This document shows, piece after piece, positions 45,278 to 55,826 of a stretch of 62,495 bases of DNA. The stretch covers positions 1 through 62,495 of IMG/VR virus record IMGVR_UViG_3300042140_000143; one strand, written 5' to 3'. Each line of letters opens with the position of its first letter. Positions within the stretch are counted from its first letter, which is position 1. This stretch comes from a virus. Lineage: Duplodnaviria > Caudoviricetes. The notes beneath the pieces are model-generated. The model ran no database searches. It was given only the letters and a program-made list of their open reading frames with translations, and had not been told where the DNA came from. A program made the translations under genes and the position numbers.

Positions 45278-48226
45278 CTACTCTCCGGATGCGTTCGATG
45301 TCCCGTACACATCCAGCGCGTAGATCACGACCGGATCGGCATTCTTCCTGGCCCCGAGCAGTTCGACGGCCACATGGCGATCCGCCGACTTGATGTCGTC
45401 GATGCTGCGGTTGGCGAACGAGCCCTTCGCCACCCCGCTGTCGTACCCGGTCCTGGAGGTAAGCGCTCCCATGTCGAGCCGCGTGGCGCTGTCGTTGACG
45501 CCGCTGGAGAAGCCCGTGCCGCGATTTCTGGCGGCCACGTTTGGGCGTGGATACTGCGAGTTGTTGTAGTAGAGCCGCACCGCCACGTCGCACGAACTGG
45601 GCTGCGGCTTGTAGGTCAGGCTGATGTCTCGCGGCTGCCCAGTGCCGCCGCCCTTCGCGGTCATGTCTGTCGGGAACGACCGGTTGCCTGTCTTGTAGCG
45701 GTACACTGGGGCGATTGCAGTATCGACGGAGGTGGACGTGGCCGTGAACGTCGCCGTCGCTTGCACTGGGGCGGCGCAGTCGGGGTCGTCGGGCGGAGAA
45801 ATGTACAGCGAGCCACCCGCAAACCCGTAGCCGGGATGGATGATCCAGACGCCGCTCAGGCGCCCCTGCGCGTCGAGGCTGGCCTGCAACTCGCCTCCCA
45901 CGCCGCCGGGCGCGGAAACGACCGGAGGGGAACGGTATCCGGCGCCCTTGTTGGTGATCGTCACAGTTGCGATTGCCCCGCGAGCCGCGTCCGAGCGGCC
46001 CTCGTCCAGCAAGTACAGCCCGCCCTCGCCGGCGTAGACGCTGCGGTGCGCGCCGCTGTTCATCGGCACATTCGTTCCGGACGAGATGCGGTGCGGATAC
46101 CGCTCGATCCACCAAGTGTTCGTCTCAATGGAGTAGCACAGCACGCGGGACGGGTAGTCGCCGGGATTGTCGGCAACGAACGGCACAAACGCCCGCACCA
46201 CCTTCTTGGCGGCATCCACGAGCAGGAAGGTCCATGCCGGCGTGTCCCACTTGAGCCTGCTGCGAAACACGTCCGCTATCGGGGCCGACAAGTCCTTGAC
46301 TTCTCCCTGCGGCGTAATCGAGTACAGGCCGTGCTGGTCGAGGACGTAACACAGCCCCTCGTGGATGTCCCAACAGCGCTGATTGAGGCATCCGCGATTA
46401 GCGAGCGGCGTCACGTCTCCGTCGCGCAGGGGCTGCTTTGAGAACGACATGGAGTACGCATGTCGCGACTGCATGATGAGCATGACGGACCCAAACGGAA
46501 TGAGGGCCGTGATGGCGTCTGCATCGCGGGCATTCTGCTGCAACACGAACTCGTTGATGTCGGGAACACTTTCGGGCTCGTCTACCTCAGAGAAGTAGAT
46601 GGAATTGGATTCCGTGCCGCTGGTATCGACGCCGTACCAGAAGCGGTCTTGGAAGCGCACCACCACAGCCTTGTTGTTGGGCGGCGGCGTGAATCGCATG
46701 GCATTGAGGTCGCCGTTCGGCAGGACAATCGGCATCGCCGCATATCCGGCCCGGTCTGGGTTCCGCACCTCCTCGTCCGTCAGGTCGTCCACGAACGAGG
46801 TGGCCGTGCCGACCCTGTACAGCATGAGCGCTTGGTTGCCGGTGGTCCGCCACAACTCGACCGTCAGCGTGCGGCCGTCAGTGTTGGTGGCCGCCGGAAC
46901 GGTCCACGTCATGGACCGCGCCCCCTCGCCGGCATCGACCTCTAGCACGGGCGACAGGTTGCTGGGTATCGGCCCGCCATTCGCAGCAAGGGTGTTGTCC
47001 ACGTAGCGGTAGTAGCACTGGTACTTCCCGCGCAAGTGCGGCCGGGCCACAGCGAACGCCTCCGCGCCGCCAGCCACAGCCTGCACGACCGGGACCGTCT
47101 TGAATCCGCCGCCGCCGTTTTCTACCGTGACCGACGTGATTTCGCCCTTGCTCACCGCGCATGTTGCATACGCCCCAAAGCCGGAGGACGAGACGATCTT
47201 GATCTCGGGGGCGACGACGTATCCGGTGCCGCGTGCGGTCGGCGACACCGTGATCGCCTTGAGGGAGTACCGCTGTGCGGCCGTGTTCTTGGAGTGGCCC
47301 GTCGGATAGCCCTCGATGATGAGGTTTTTGGTGGGGCCTCCAGCGAGCGGCGCGATGGTGATGGTGACCGCCGTGTTTGGGTCATAGCCCGACCCTTGTG
47401 CCTTCACGCTCACGGAACGCACGAACATCGAGGAGGCGTAGTACACAAACGACACGCTGCCGACGCAGGCAGTCCGGTACACCTTCTGGCCGTAGAAGTT
47501 GACGCGCGCCACCGCGCCGCTGCCTGAGCCCGCCCCCGTGACGGTGTAGTTCAGAGTGAGTGTGACGGGGTAGTAACTGCCGAGATTCGTGGGCCCGAGC
47601 CCGCAGGCGTTGTGGTACAGCGACGGCGTTACGGTGATGGTTCCTGACCCATTGCTGATCGGGATGTCTACGGGGCCCCACGTTCCCCACTGCGTGCGGT
47701 ACGCCAGAGGGTAGTCCGTCTCGTCATCGAACGGCGGGCCTTGAATGACCTCAAACTGCGTGATCGCGTCTGCGGGAGCCGGCGTGCCGTCCAGCACGGC
47801 CGTCAGCACGGCGTTCTTTCCGTGCGTATCGGAGAGCGTGATCGACGGAGGCTCGGTGTAGTTCTTGCCGCCATTGGTAATCCGCACCTCACTCACCACC
47901 GACTGATTGAGGTAGGCGGTCGCCTTTGCGGCCACATGACCTGTAGGCTGGGCCGCGAGAGTCGTGAACGTCACGGCCGGCGGCGCGTTGTAGACGGCTC
48001 CAGGCTTATGCACGTCAGCACGGGCGACGTAGTAGCGGGCCGGCGTCTGGAGCGTGATGGCGGGGGCGGCCGCCGGCGCAGCGATGCCGGCGTTGGTGGC
48101 CGTACCGGACCCGCTCCACCGCTTGGGCTGCACGCCGTTGCCCTGCGCAACAATGAGTTCACCGTAACGCCCCTGAGCGCACGAGATAGGCCGCGAACCG
48201 CTGAACCCGCTGGCGATGACGGTCAC
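45278..48226 (-). CDS. Large tail (nozzle/tubular-B-like) protein
   Basis: Beta-rich; IYFSE..EPE, GCL motif, repeated ITN.G.GY...P.V units; GTG start coupled to the upstream stop. Confidence 0.65.
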   Translation of the reverse strand: MTVIASGFSGSRPISCAQGRYGELIVAQGNGVQPKRWSGSGTATNAGIAAPAAAPAITLQTPARYYVARADVHKPGAVYNAPPAVTFTTLAAQPTGHVAAKATAYLNQSVVSEVRITNGGKNYTEPPSITLSDTHGKNAVLTAVLDGTPAPADAITQFEVIQGPPFDDETDYPLAYRTQWGTWGPVDIPISNGSGTITVTPSLYHNACGLGPTNLGSYYPVTLTLNYTVTGAGSGSGAVARVNFYGQKVYRTACVGSVSFVYYASSMFVRSVSVKAQGSGYDPNTAVTITIAPLAGGPTKNLIIEGYPTGHSKNTAAQRYSLKAITVSPTARGTGYVVAPEIKIVSSSGFGAYATCAVSKGEITSVTVENGGGGFKTVPVVQAVAGGAEAFAVARPHLRGKYQCYYRYVDNTLAANGGPIPSNLSPVLEVDAGEGARSMTWTVPAATNTDGRTLTVELWRTTGNQALMLYRVGTATSFVDDLTDEEVRNPDRAGYAAMPIVLPNGDLNAMRFTPPPNNKAVVVRFQDRFWYGVDTSGTESNSIYFSEVDEPESVPDINEFVLQQNARDADAITALIPFGSVMLIMQSRHAYSMSFSKQPLRDGDVTPLANRGCLNQRCWDIHEGLCYVLDQHGLYSITPQGEVKDLSAPIADVFRSRLKWDTPAWTFLLVDAAKKVVRAFVPFVADNPGDYPSRVLCYSIETNTWWIERYPHRISSGTNVPMNSGAHRSVYAGEGGLYLLDEGRSDAARGAIATVTITNKGAGYRSPPVVSAPGGVGGELQASLDAQGRLSGVWIIHPGYGFAGGSLYISPPDDPDCAAPVQATATFTATSTSVDTAIAPVYRYKTGNRSFPTDMTAKGGGTGQPRDISLTYKPQPSSCDVAVRLYYNNSQYPRPNVAARNRGTGFSSGVNDSATRLDMGALTSRTGYDSGVAKGSFANRSIDDIKSADRHVAVELLGARKNADPVVIYALDVYGTSNASGE

Positions 48227-48588
48227 GGGGGCTCTCCGGCGTGGTCGTAGAAGTCGCCCAAGTAATTGCTCTGCACCTGACCGGCGGACGGCGCAAGCGT
48301 CGGGCTCAACGGCGCGGCAGGCGCCGTTCCGTAGGAGATGCTGGACAGCAGCACCAGTTCGCCGCTGGCGTTCAAGGCCACCATCTGTGTCGCCGTGCTG
48401 GTGACGCGCGGATACACATCGCGCACGCCTGCGGCGGATGGCGTGGAGGCAGCAGGCCACATGCCGCCGCGAGTCGTCAACTGTCCAGGCACCGTCGTGA
48501 CCAGATTGGTCTGCTCGACGGCCGCACCGGGAGGAATCGCATACGGGCTGGCGTTGGTGACCAACCCAGCCCACAGTCCTTCGGCCAT
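48223..48588 (-). CDS. Tail-associated protein
   Basis: WAGLVTNASP...N...G.L..RGG resembles the N-terminal part of nozzle proteins. Confidence 0.55.
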   Translation of the reverse strand: MAEGLWAGLVTNASPYAIPPGAAVEQTNLVTTVPGQLTTRGGMWPAASTPSAAGVRDVYPRVTSTATQMVALNASGELVLLSSISYGTAPAAPLSPTLAPSAGQVQSNYLGDFYDHAGEPP

Positions 48589-48590
48589 GA

Positions 48591-49475
48591 CTACACCCCC
48601 GTGTCTGGGCCGCTGGGCGAGTAGTACCCAAGAGCGCGGGGTCCGCCCACGACAATGCCGTCCGTCCGGTGGCCGCTTAGTGGCGCGACGACATCCGCCT
48701 CAAATGCCATGCGCAGGTCGCGGGCGTATACCGTCATGGCGCCCTCGACGTTCTTGCCGAGCATCTTGGCGGCCCACACTTCGGCGCACGACAGGATGGC
48801 CGTAAACATCGTGTCGCTGGCATCCACATAGTCGGACACGACCGTCTTGGCATTGACCGGCGGCGTGCCGACGAGGCTCCCGGCCACGCCGACGATCTCC
48901 TCCGCCGTGAAGGGGTTGATGCCGGCCGGGCCCTCTGGGAACGCAGTGGCCGTGCCGTACCGCTTGACCAGACCGGTGGTCGTCAGCGATCCGTTGCGGC
49001 TGGCTTCCTCGTAGCCCATGTACCGGAGCGGAGGCGGCTTGCGGCGATAGGTGTAGGTGAAGGTCACGGTCGTGTCGGGGGCGCCGGCAATCTTGAGAAC
49101 CCAGCGGTCGTACAGCGACGGATGCTTCATCACCGTCCAGAACAGTGGCGAGTTCAGCGTCGGCAGAACGACGTTCAGCCGCGTCCAGTCTGCGGGAGAG
49201 ACGTACTCCACTCCGTGCAGGCTGGTCACCGGCGGAATGATGGAGTCCACGTTCCGCACATTGGCCGGCAGCGTGTAACTCTTGCCCGGTCCCGGCCCCG
49301 CATCCGGCGTCGTGAGCGTCCCGGTCGTGATGTGCCACTGCCAGTCCCTCGCACTGGTCACGTCCCGGTAGGCGTGGTGCGCAGCGGCACGAAGCAGGCG
49401 ATGCTCGCTGTCCTGCGCCCCGCCACCGACGGAGTTCATCAGATACTCCATGATGTCCTGAGCGCAGTAGTACAT
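48591..49475 (-). CDS. Head-tail adaptor (tubular-A-like) protein
   Basis: DWQW...SYTLPAN motif; position after the portal block. Confidence 0.6.
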   Translation of the reverse strand: MYYCAQDIMEYLMNSVGGGAQDSEHRLLRAAAHHAYRDVTSARDWQWHITTGTLTTPDAGPGPGKSYTLPANVRNVDSIIPPVTSLHGVEYVSPADWTRLNVVLPTLNSPLFWTVMKHPSLYDRWVLKIAGAPDTTVTFTYTYRRKPPPLRYMGYEEASRNGSLTTTGLVKRYGTATAFPEGPAGINPFTAEEIVGVAGSLVGTPPVNAKTVVSDYVDASDTMFTAILSCAEVWAAKMLGKNVEGAMTVYARDLRMAFEADVVAPLSGHRTDGIVVGGPRALGYYSPSGPDTGV

Positions 49476-49501
49476 CGCGAACCCCCGTTACGCCTGCGGC
49501 A

Positions 49502-49831
49502 TCAACCCTTGACGCTGATGCGGAACGTGGCGGTGCCGACATCGGCAACGGCGGCGATGAACGGAGCCCCGAACAGTGCCTCCGGAAGCGGGTAGGCGTT
49601 TCCGGCCGAGATCGTCGTGGTCACCGCTCCGCTGCTTTGGATGGGCACTGCCGTGCCTTCCGGCCCGAAGGCGACATACCACGTCAGCGTGGCCGCCCCG
49701 CCAGTAACGCCGTCCACGATGAGAGTCCCGCCCGATGCGGCACCAAACGGAATCTTCGGCGTCGTGCTGGCGCTCGCAGTGGCGACAATCGAGCCGGTCA
49801 CGGAACACAGTCGCTCAATCTTGTTGGGCAT
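49502..49831 (-). CDS. Hypothetical virion protein
   Basis: Beta-rich, 109 aa. Confidence 0.6.
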   Translation of the reverse strand: MPNKIERLCSVTGSIVATASASTTPKIPFGAASGGTLIVDGVTGGAATLTWYVAFGPEGTAVPIQSSGAVTTTISAGNAYPLPEALFGAPFIAAVADVGTATFRISVKG

Positions 49832-50385
49832 TACTTCTTCTTCCTTTTCCAGTGCGGAACGATTCGATCCTTGACCTTCTCGATGGCCTCGCCACGCTTG
49901 AGTTTCGGGTTGTTCTTCATCTCCTCGCGGACATGCTCGCGAAGGATGCGGGGGTTGATGTCCACCTCCTTCGGCGGACCCTTCTGCGGCGGCACGTAGT
50001 CCACGATGCCATGCACCTCAAGATCGCGCTTCTTGGCGACCCGAACGATGTCGGCGGTGGAGTCCACCCACGCCTCTGGGTCGAGGTGCCCACGCTTGTC
50101 GGCAATCCCGCCCATGTAGAACTTGCCGGTCGTGTCGATGCCGGCGGCTCGGGCTTGGCCGATCAGCCAGTCGGCCTGCTTGCGGGGCAGGTTGTTGAGC
50201 CACTCGCCAGCCAGCCGTCCCTGCATGAACGCCCGGTCGGTGCCCCGCGTTCCCGGCGGCTGCTGGAGGGCACACATGGCGGCAAACTGGGGCGTCTGGC
50301 CGTCCTCCAGCATGCGCAGGTAATGATCCTGCACGTCCCATGACGCAGCGGCGATTTCCGGAGGCAGTTCAGTTTCAGTGCGCAT
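49831..50385 (-). CDS. Hypothetical protein
   Basis: 184 aa, TAATG-coupled. Confidence 0.65.
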   Translation of the reverse strand: MRTETELPPEIAAASWDVQDHYLRMLEDGQTPQFAAMCALQQPPGTRGTDRAFMQGRLAGEWLNNLPRKQADWLIGQARAAGIDTTGKFYMGGIADKRGHLDPEAWVDSTADIVRVAKKRDLEVHGIVDYVPPQKGPPKEVDINPRILREHVREEMKNNPKLKRGEAIEKVKDRIVPHWKRKKK

Positions 50386-50405
50386 GGCGGCTATAGGTTC
50401 TTGTC

Positions 50406-52433
50406 CTACTGCGGCATCATCTCGGGCGGAACCTGCGGGGGCGGCTGGTCAGGCGGAGGAGGCTCGCCAGGAGGAACTGGGCCTCCCTCGCCTTCCGGGC
50501 CTGCCGGCGGCATGGGGCCGCCAGGAGGGGCCGGTGGGGGCGGCGGTGGCGGCTGGGGAATGAGGTATGGCTTGGCGTCGATGTCCAGGCTGTCCGCCCA
50601 GTCGGAAACGAGGGCATTGAGCGGGTCCACCATCCCCATAGGCACGAGCCCTTGCAGGATCGGGCCCAGCGTCTGGAGGGCCGCCTGCATCTGCTCGACG
50701 CGGGTTGCCTTGTTCGGCTTGCGAGCCGAGCCGGCCTCGACCCGGTACTCAAACTCCCTCGCCACCGTCGCAGGGTCCATGCTTGAGACGTGCTGCGACC
50801 ACGCCGCCGCACCCAGCGGGCCGACGATGGACTCCACGTCCTGCGGACGCAGCAGCCAGCGTGCGGCGAGCGCCTCGCGACGGGCCAGAAGGCTCATGGC
50901 GTCCTCCAACCGGTTCGCCATGTCGTCCGGGCGCACGCTCAGTTGCTCCGCCTTCACGTTGGCCTCTGTGGCGCTCCGTATCTGGCTGGAGGTCATGGCG
51001 TAGGCCAGTTCCGTCAGGCCGACGCGCTTGTCGAACTGCTGCGCCACCGCTTCCACGATGCGCCACAGTTCCGGAGACACCTCCGGCAACTGGAACACGG
51101 AGATCAAGTCGTTCACGCTGCGACCCAGCGTCTCGCTGATCTCCACCACCTTGAAGCCCTTTTCCGACTGGGCCAGTATCTGGTCCTTGATGTCTTGGTC
51201 GGCCGCCTTGCTCACGCCCAGCAGCGTCTCGCAACTCGTGGCGACACGCTGGGCGATGAACGACATCGCGAAGTTCAAGAACCGCAGTTCCCCGATGCCC
51301 GGCTTGATGTGGCTGATCGGCCAGACGTAGCCCGGCTTGCGGTGGAAGTCGAGATGCACGAACGGCCAGCCGTTGGCCTCCGCCCAGAACGGGATCGGCC
51401 ACTGCACGGCACGGAACAGGCCCGGCGGCACGCCCGTCGCATCGTCCACCGGCTCCTCCAGAGCCGACGGGGGCATGTTCAGCGGGTACGGGATGCCCTC
51501 GCACACGACGATGTAGCAGTTGTCGCCGACGGCATCGAACGCCCCGACGAGTTCTTTGGGCGTGTCCTTGAGCCTGTCGCCCAGACCGGTCTTGCTCCAA
51601 ATCTTCCAGTACGTCACCAGTTCGTTGGACTTGCCGACGCGGCGACCCTTGTACTGCGAGTCGTCCTCGTTGAATATCTGGTCGGTATCGCCGTCCAGAG
51701 GCTTTGCGCCGTCGATGTGCCCCTTGAGTTGCTCGCGGTCCAGGCCGTACTGGCGGGCAACAACGTCAATGGGGTGGACGCACCGGCGGGCGCACCAAGT
51801 GATGTCCTCGATCTCGGTGGCGTCCGGGTCCATCGTGAAGTTGTCCACGCTGTCGGCAAACGAGCCGACCACGCCGATGTCCGAGCCCGGCAGCGTGACC
51901 ATCTCCGTCCACCACACGCCCATGCCCTTGATGATGGCCTCGTCCACGACGCGACGGCTGTGCGTCTTGAGGTCGAGTTCGTTGGGCGTGTAGTTGAGAT
52001 ACCGCTCCATGAGCAGGGCGGCGATCTTGCGGATTTCCGTCCGCTGCATCGTCTCCTGAGCGGCCTGCTGGTACGCCATCATGGACTGCGGGTCCATGAC
52101 GCCCACCACCTCCGGCGATACGAACGGGTACTTGGCGTGCGTCACCGTCCGCACCGGGTTGCGGTGGTAGATGACGCTGCCAAACAACTTCACCGCCTCA
52201 AACACCCGGTTGACCTGCATGCGGAACGCAGGCGGGGCGATGGTGCGGTTGTAGCCGTACTCGTGGCGGGCGTAGGTGTCCTTCCAGAACCAGTTGTGTG
52301 GTCCGTCAAAGAACGACATCGCCTCACGCCCATCCTCCGTGAAGGGGCGCTTGTGCTTGAGTGACAGTTCGATCTTCTTGAGCCAGCCCGTTGCGATTGA
52401 CCGCAGGGCATCCTCACCCGTTCTTGGTTCCAC
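50406..52433 (-). CDS. Portal protein
   Basis: About 675 aa after terminase; SATEA motif, VEAGS, Pro-rich tail typical of podovirus-like portals. Confidence 0.75.
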   Translation of the reverse strand: MEPRTGEDALRSIATGWLKKIELSLKHKRPFTEDGREAMSFFDGPHNWFWKDTYARHEYGYNRTIAPPAFRMQVNRVFEAVKLFGSVIYHRNPVRTVTHAKYPFVSPEVVGVMDPQSMMAYQQAAQETMQRTEIRKIAALLMERYLNYTPNELDLKTHSRRVVDEAIIKGMGVWWTEMVTLPGSDIGVVGSFADSVDNFTMDPDATEIEDITWCARRCVHPIDVVARQYGLDREQLKGHIDGAKPLDGDTDQIFNEDDSQYKGRRVGKSNELVTYWKIWSKTGLGDRLKDTPKELVGAFDAVGDNCYIVVCEGIPYPLNMPPSALEEPVDDATGVPPGLFRAVQWPIPFWAEANGWPFVHLDFHRKPGYVWPISHIKPGIGELRFLNFAMSFIAQRVATSCETLLGVSKAADQDIKDQILAQSEKGFKVVEISETLGRSVNDLISVFQLPEVSPELWRIVEAVAQQFDKRVGLTELAYAMTSSQIRSATEANVKAEQLSVRPDDMANRLEDAMSLLARREALAARWLLRPQDVESIVGPLGAAAWSQHVSSMDPATVAREFEYRVEAGSARKPNKATRVEQMQAALQTLGPILQGLVPMGMVDPLNALVSDWADSLDIDAKPYLIPQPPPPPPPAPPGGPMPPAGPEGEGGPVPPGEPPPPDQPPPQVPPEMMPQ

Positions 52434-52773
52434 CGTTTTGCTTCCTTGCAATGGCAACCTGTTCCGTCAGGTTGGCGATCTGAGACATGAGCCCGTCCAG
52501 TTTCCGCAACTGGGCCGACTGCGGCGTGTACTCCCAGCAACCCCACTGCCGCCAATCCGAGTTCTCCTGCAAGCCGGGATCGTCCTTGTGCCGCACGGAC
52601 GGCCGCTCCAGAAATCCGGTCGTGGGCGAGAAGGTCAGCACGCTGACGGTCAACACGCCCGGCCGCTCAACGATCCAGCCCAGCGTGGGGTCGTTGCAGT
52701 TGAGGGGGTCGTGATACCAGTACACGCTGTCGCCAATGCGGACAGACGGCGGGCTAAACGATTCGGCTTCCAT
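52414..52773 (-). CDS. Hypothetical protein
   Basis: AGGAG RBS; 119 aa. Confidence 0.65.
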   Translation of the reverse strand: MEAESFSPPSVRIGDSVYWYHDPLNCNDPTLGWIVERPGVLTVSVLTFSPTTGFLERPSVRHKDDPGLQENSDWRQWGCWEYTPQSAQLRKLDGLMSQIANLTEQVAIARKQNGGTKNG

Positions 52774-54460
52774 ACTTCGCTCCTGACTGTGGGCCTAAGA
52801 AGATGTAGTCGTCGGCTTCGGCGGACATGCGCTTCTTGCGCTTCCGCACCCACTCGACGTACCAGGGGTCGGGACCGACATCGACTTTAGGCTTGTGCCA
52901 TCGAGGTCGATAGGCACAGAGGTACTCAAGACACTGGCAGGCGTGGACTTCCCCCCGCGTGTTGGGCTGGTCGGTCACGATGTAGGCACCCCCGACCAAC
53001 TGGGTTTTGTGCTTGTACCGCTTGAGTTCCCGCTCCAAGTCGGGGACGGCCGACCTCAGCACCCGCAGCGTCGGGGTGCCGTTGGGGCGGATGTGGAGGT
53101 AGTTGCGGACGGCCGACATGCGGGCCTGCACGTCGTCGCAGCCGGCCAGGAAACTGTGCCCCGTCGTCTCGGAGGCCACCCCCTGAGCCTTGAGTTGCTC
53201 GGTGTACAGTTCCACCGGCAGACGCCCTGAGCCGATCTCGCGCAGCCGGCCGCCGTGCATGTCGATGATGAAGGCGTAGAAGTTCTGCCCCTTGCACTTC
53301 TCCTTCATCTTCTCGCCAAAGATGATGGCGTTGCAGTTGCGGATGTAGAGTTGGTCGTAGATCAGCAGCATGGACTCGTCGGGCGGTACGGCCGCGAACA
53401 GGACCGACGTGACGGCGTGTCCAGGGTCGATGGCGGCGTACCGGCACCAGTCGTCCGGGACGGTCAGGTTCGCCAGTTCCGTCCTGTCGTGGCCGTGAAT
53501 GTGCATGGAGAACGTGGGGTAGCACAGGATCGAGTCGCTGATGAACTCGCCCTCGCTGCGCATCCGCAGCACGTCGTCGCCCAGCGCCGCCCAGCCCTCG
53601 ATACGCTTCCGCTTCTCGTCGTCCGGGATGTGGGGATTGTCCAGAAAGCGCAGTTGGAACTTGACGATGGTGGGGTTCTCGACGCCCTCCTCCGCCAACT
53701 TGTCCGCCCGCTCCGCAAGCGACTGGAGCGAGTCGTTCTTGCTGTGCGGCATGGCGGACCACGCAAACACACCGCGACGGTCAGAGAGGCGGGCCTGCAT
53801 TTCGGGCACCCACGCATCCCCGTTGTTTACGTCCTCGTCGATGTGGACCCTGTTCGCCTGCCAGCCCTGCGGCGGCTCTCCTTCCGACGAGAAGAAGTAG
53901 ATTTGCCAGCCGTTCGTCAGGGTGCAGGACTGGATGTAGCGGGCGGACTTGAGAATCCACGACTTCTTCGCCACCATGCGCGGCGGGATCAGCGGCGGGG
54001 CGGGCTTTGCCTCCTTCTCGCGAGCAGAGTCAGCGGCCGGGTTGTAGGCCCGCCATTCGCCGGTCTGCTCGTCCTTGATGATCTTGAACGCCCCAGCCAT
54101 GAACAGCATGGGGTAGACCACGAGGCCGATGTGCTTCCAATCCTTGCCGACGATGGCGAGGATGCCGTCCTTCTCGGGGTACTTCCCGTGCGGGTCTTTG
54201 CCGCAGACGGCTCGGGCGTCTTCCACGAACGTGCAGAGCGACTTGCCGGAGCGGTTGCCGCCCAGCACCAGCATCTCACTCGCCCGGCACTGGTGGACTT
54301 CCTCCTGCTTGGGCGTCGGCTGGTACAGCCGCAGGGCCTCGATCCGCCGGCTCGCCAACTCCGCCTGCATCTCCTTGAGTTCGTTCTGCTGGAACGAACC
54401 CAATCGCTTGACGGACGGCAGCGGCGAAATCGCTGGGGGTTTGCGGCGTGACTTCGACAT
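52754..54460 (-). CDS. terL: Terminase large subunit
   Basis: Walker A GGNRSGKS, HIDED, FLDNPHI, AIDPG nuclease motif; start uncertain. Confidence 0.9.
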   Translation of the reverse strand: MSKSRRKPPAISPLPSVKRLGSFQQNELKEMQAELASRRIEALRLYQPTPKQEEVHQCRASEMLVLGGNRSGKSLCTFVEDARAVCGKDPHGKYPEKDGILAIVGKDWKHIGLVVYPMLFMAGAFKIIKDEQTGEWRAYNPAADSAREKEAKPAPPLIPPRMVAKKSWILKSARYIQSCTLTNGWQIYFFSSEGEPPQGWQANRVHIDEDVNNGDAWVPEMQARLSDRRGVFAWSAMPHSKNDSLQSLAERADKLAEEGVENPTIVKFQLRFLDNPHIPDDEKRKRIEGWAALGDDVLRMRSEGEFISDSILCYPTFSMHIHGHDRTELANLTVPDDWCRYAAIDPGHAVTSVLFAAVPPDESMLLIYDQLYIRNCNAIIFGEKMKEKCKGQNFYAFIIDMHGGRLREIGSGRLPVELYTEQLKAQGVASETTGHSFLAGCDDVQARMSAVRNYLHIRPNGTPTLRVLRSAVPDLERELKRYKHKTQLVGGAYIVTDQPNTRGEVHACQCLEYLCAYRPRWHKPKVDVGPDPWYVEWVRKRKKRMSAEADDYIFLGPQSGAKYGSRIV

Positions 54461-54953
54461 TGAGGAACCCTCCACCAATACTCATGGCAATGCGGCTAAG
54501 GCGCTGATCCAACTCGGACTCCAACTCCTCGTCAGACCACTGAGTCAGGGGCTTCTTGGCCCCGCCCAGTTCGGTGTTCTTCGTGACAAGGCGGACGATG
54601 CCCTCCAGCAACTTGGTGCGGTGCGAGCCGCCAGGAGGGGCGTCGAAATACTGCTTGACCATCATGGCGGCGAACCCGTTGGACCCGCCGAAATACTCCA
54701 TCAGCCGCTCCAGCAGTTCGCTGGAGTGCGGGATGTTCTCCCCTCCCCTGCCGGCGGCCTGCGTGAAGGCGTTGAGGGCACCGTCCTCGATGGCCTTCAT
54801 GTCCCGCTTCTTCTGCTTCAACTTCTTGCCACGATTCACGCGGGCCCGGCAGGTGACGCAGCGGGCGTCCCACGACCCGTCCTTCTTGACGCGGAAGTGG
54901 TTCTTGGACAGGGGGAAAGACTGGCCGCAGTCGGTGCAGGTCTTGTCGGCCAT
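54276..54953 (-). CDS. Probable terminase small subunit (Zn-ribbon N-terminus)
   Basis: CxxC...CxxC; WSDEEL motif; directly upstream of terL. Confidence 0.55.
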   Translation of the reverse strand: MADKTCTDCGQSFPLSKNHFRVKKDGSWDARCVTCRARVNRGKKLKQKKRDMKAIEDGALNAFTQAAGRGGENIPHSSELLERLMEYFGGSNGFAAMMVKQYFDAPPGGSHRTKLLEGIVRLVTKNTELGGAKKPLTQWSDEELESELDQRLSRIAMSIGGGFLNVEVTPQTPSDFAAAVRQAIGFVPAERTQGDAGGVGEPADRGPAAVPADAQAGGSPPVPGE

Positions 54954-54956
54954 GCG

Positions 54957-55166
54957 TCACCTGTCAGCCTGTGGCACCGACGAGATCATGGGTGCCATCC
55001 CGTCCTTCGGGGCCGGCACGCTGCCTGCGCCCACCTCTCGCTTCACCTTGAAGTCCTCCAACTCCGGGAAGTCCAGCAGCCCGGCCTTCTGCAACTGGGC
55101 CATGATCGCCTGCCGGTCAGGCTGGTCGAACTGGCCCATCGGATTAGGGTCGTTGGCGAGCGGCAT
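54957..55166 (-). CDS. Hypothetical protein
   Basis: AGGAG RBS. Confidence 0.6.
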   Translation of the reverse strand: MPLANDPNPMGQFDQPDRQAIMAQLQKAGLLDFPELEDFKVKREVGAGSVPAPKDGMAPMISSVPQADR

Positions 55167-55255
55167 TGAAGAAACTCCTGCCCATCAAAAAAGAAGGCCG
55201 CAGGGGGGCGTCCCTTCCCTCCTGCGGCCAAACGTCGCGACGTTGATAGCGAGAC

Positions 55256-55792
55256 TCAGGAACCAGCGTCCGTCTTGACGAGGATGCGGCCGGAGGTCGT
55301 AGCGCTCGTCTCGATGGCGTAGCCCAGCAGCGGGTTCGTGGACTTGGCCGCCGCCGAGCCAGCCGTAGCGGACAGGCCATAGGCCGCGCCCGCCGACACG
55401 CTGGTCGAGGTCTTCGTCACCGTCGAGGGGCCGCCCACCACGAGCCAGAACACCTCGTTGTTGGCAACGCCAGCAGCGGGGAGGTACTCGTCCACGATGC
55501 CCATGAGCAGGGTCGAGGTCGTGGCCGCACCGTCCACCTCCGTGAGGATGGCCGCGTCCTTGAACTTGGCGACCGCACCCGGAAGCAGAGCGCTGCCGCT
55601 CGTGTTCTTCACGGCGATGCACTCGACCGTGTGGTTGCTCTTGAGAGCGCCGGTCTTCGGGTCTTCGTCGCGGAACACCTTGCGGGTGCCCACAACCGTC
55701 GAGCCGTCGCCGTTCTCGGCCTCGTACATCGTCACGGTGACGCCAAGCGTCTGGCCGCGAGCGAATCCGGGATCAGCAGTCAGCGTACTCAT
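55256..55792 (-). CDS. Capsid decoration/cement-like protein
   Basis: Follows the capsid gene; Ala/Thr/Gly-rich, GIVDEYL. Confidence 0.6.
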   Translation of the reverse strand: MSTLTADPGFARGQTLGVTVTMYEAENGDGSTVVGTRKVFRDEDPKTGALKSNHTVECIAVKNTSGSALLPGAVAKFKDAAILTEVDGAATTSTLLMGIVDEYLPAAGVANNEVFWLVVGGPSTVTKTSTSVSAGAAYGLSATAGSAAAKSTNPLLGYAIETSATTSGRILVKTDAGS

Positions 55793-55826
55793 CTGCGAGA
55801 ACTCTCCTTCTGGTGGCTGTTGAGGA

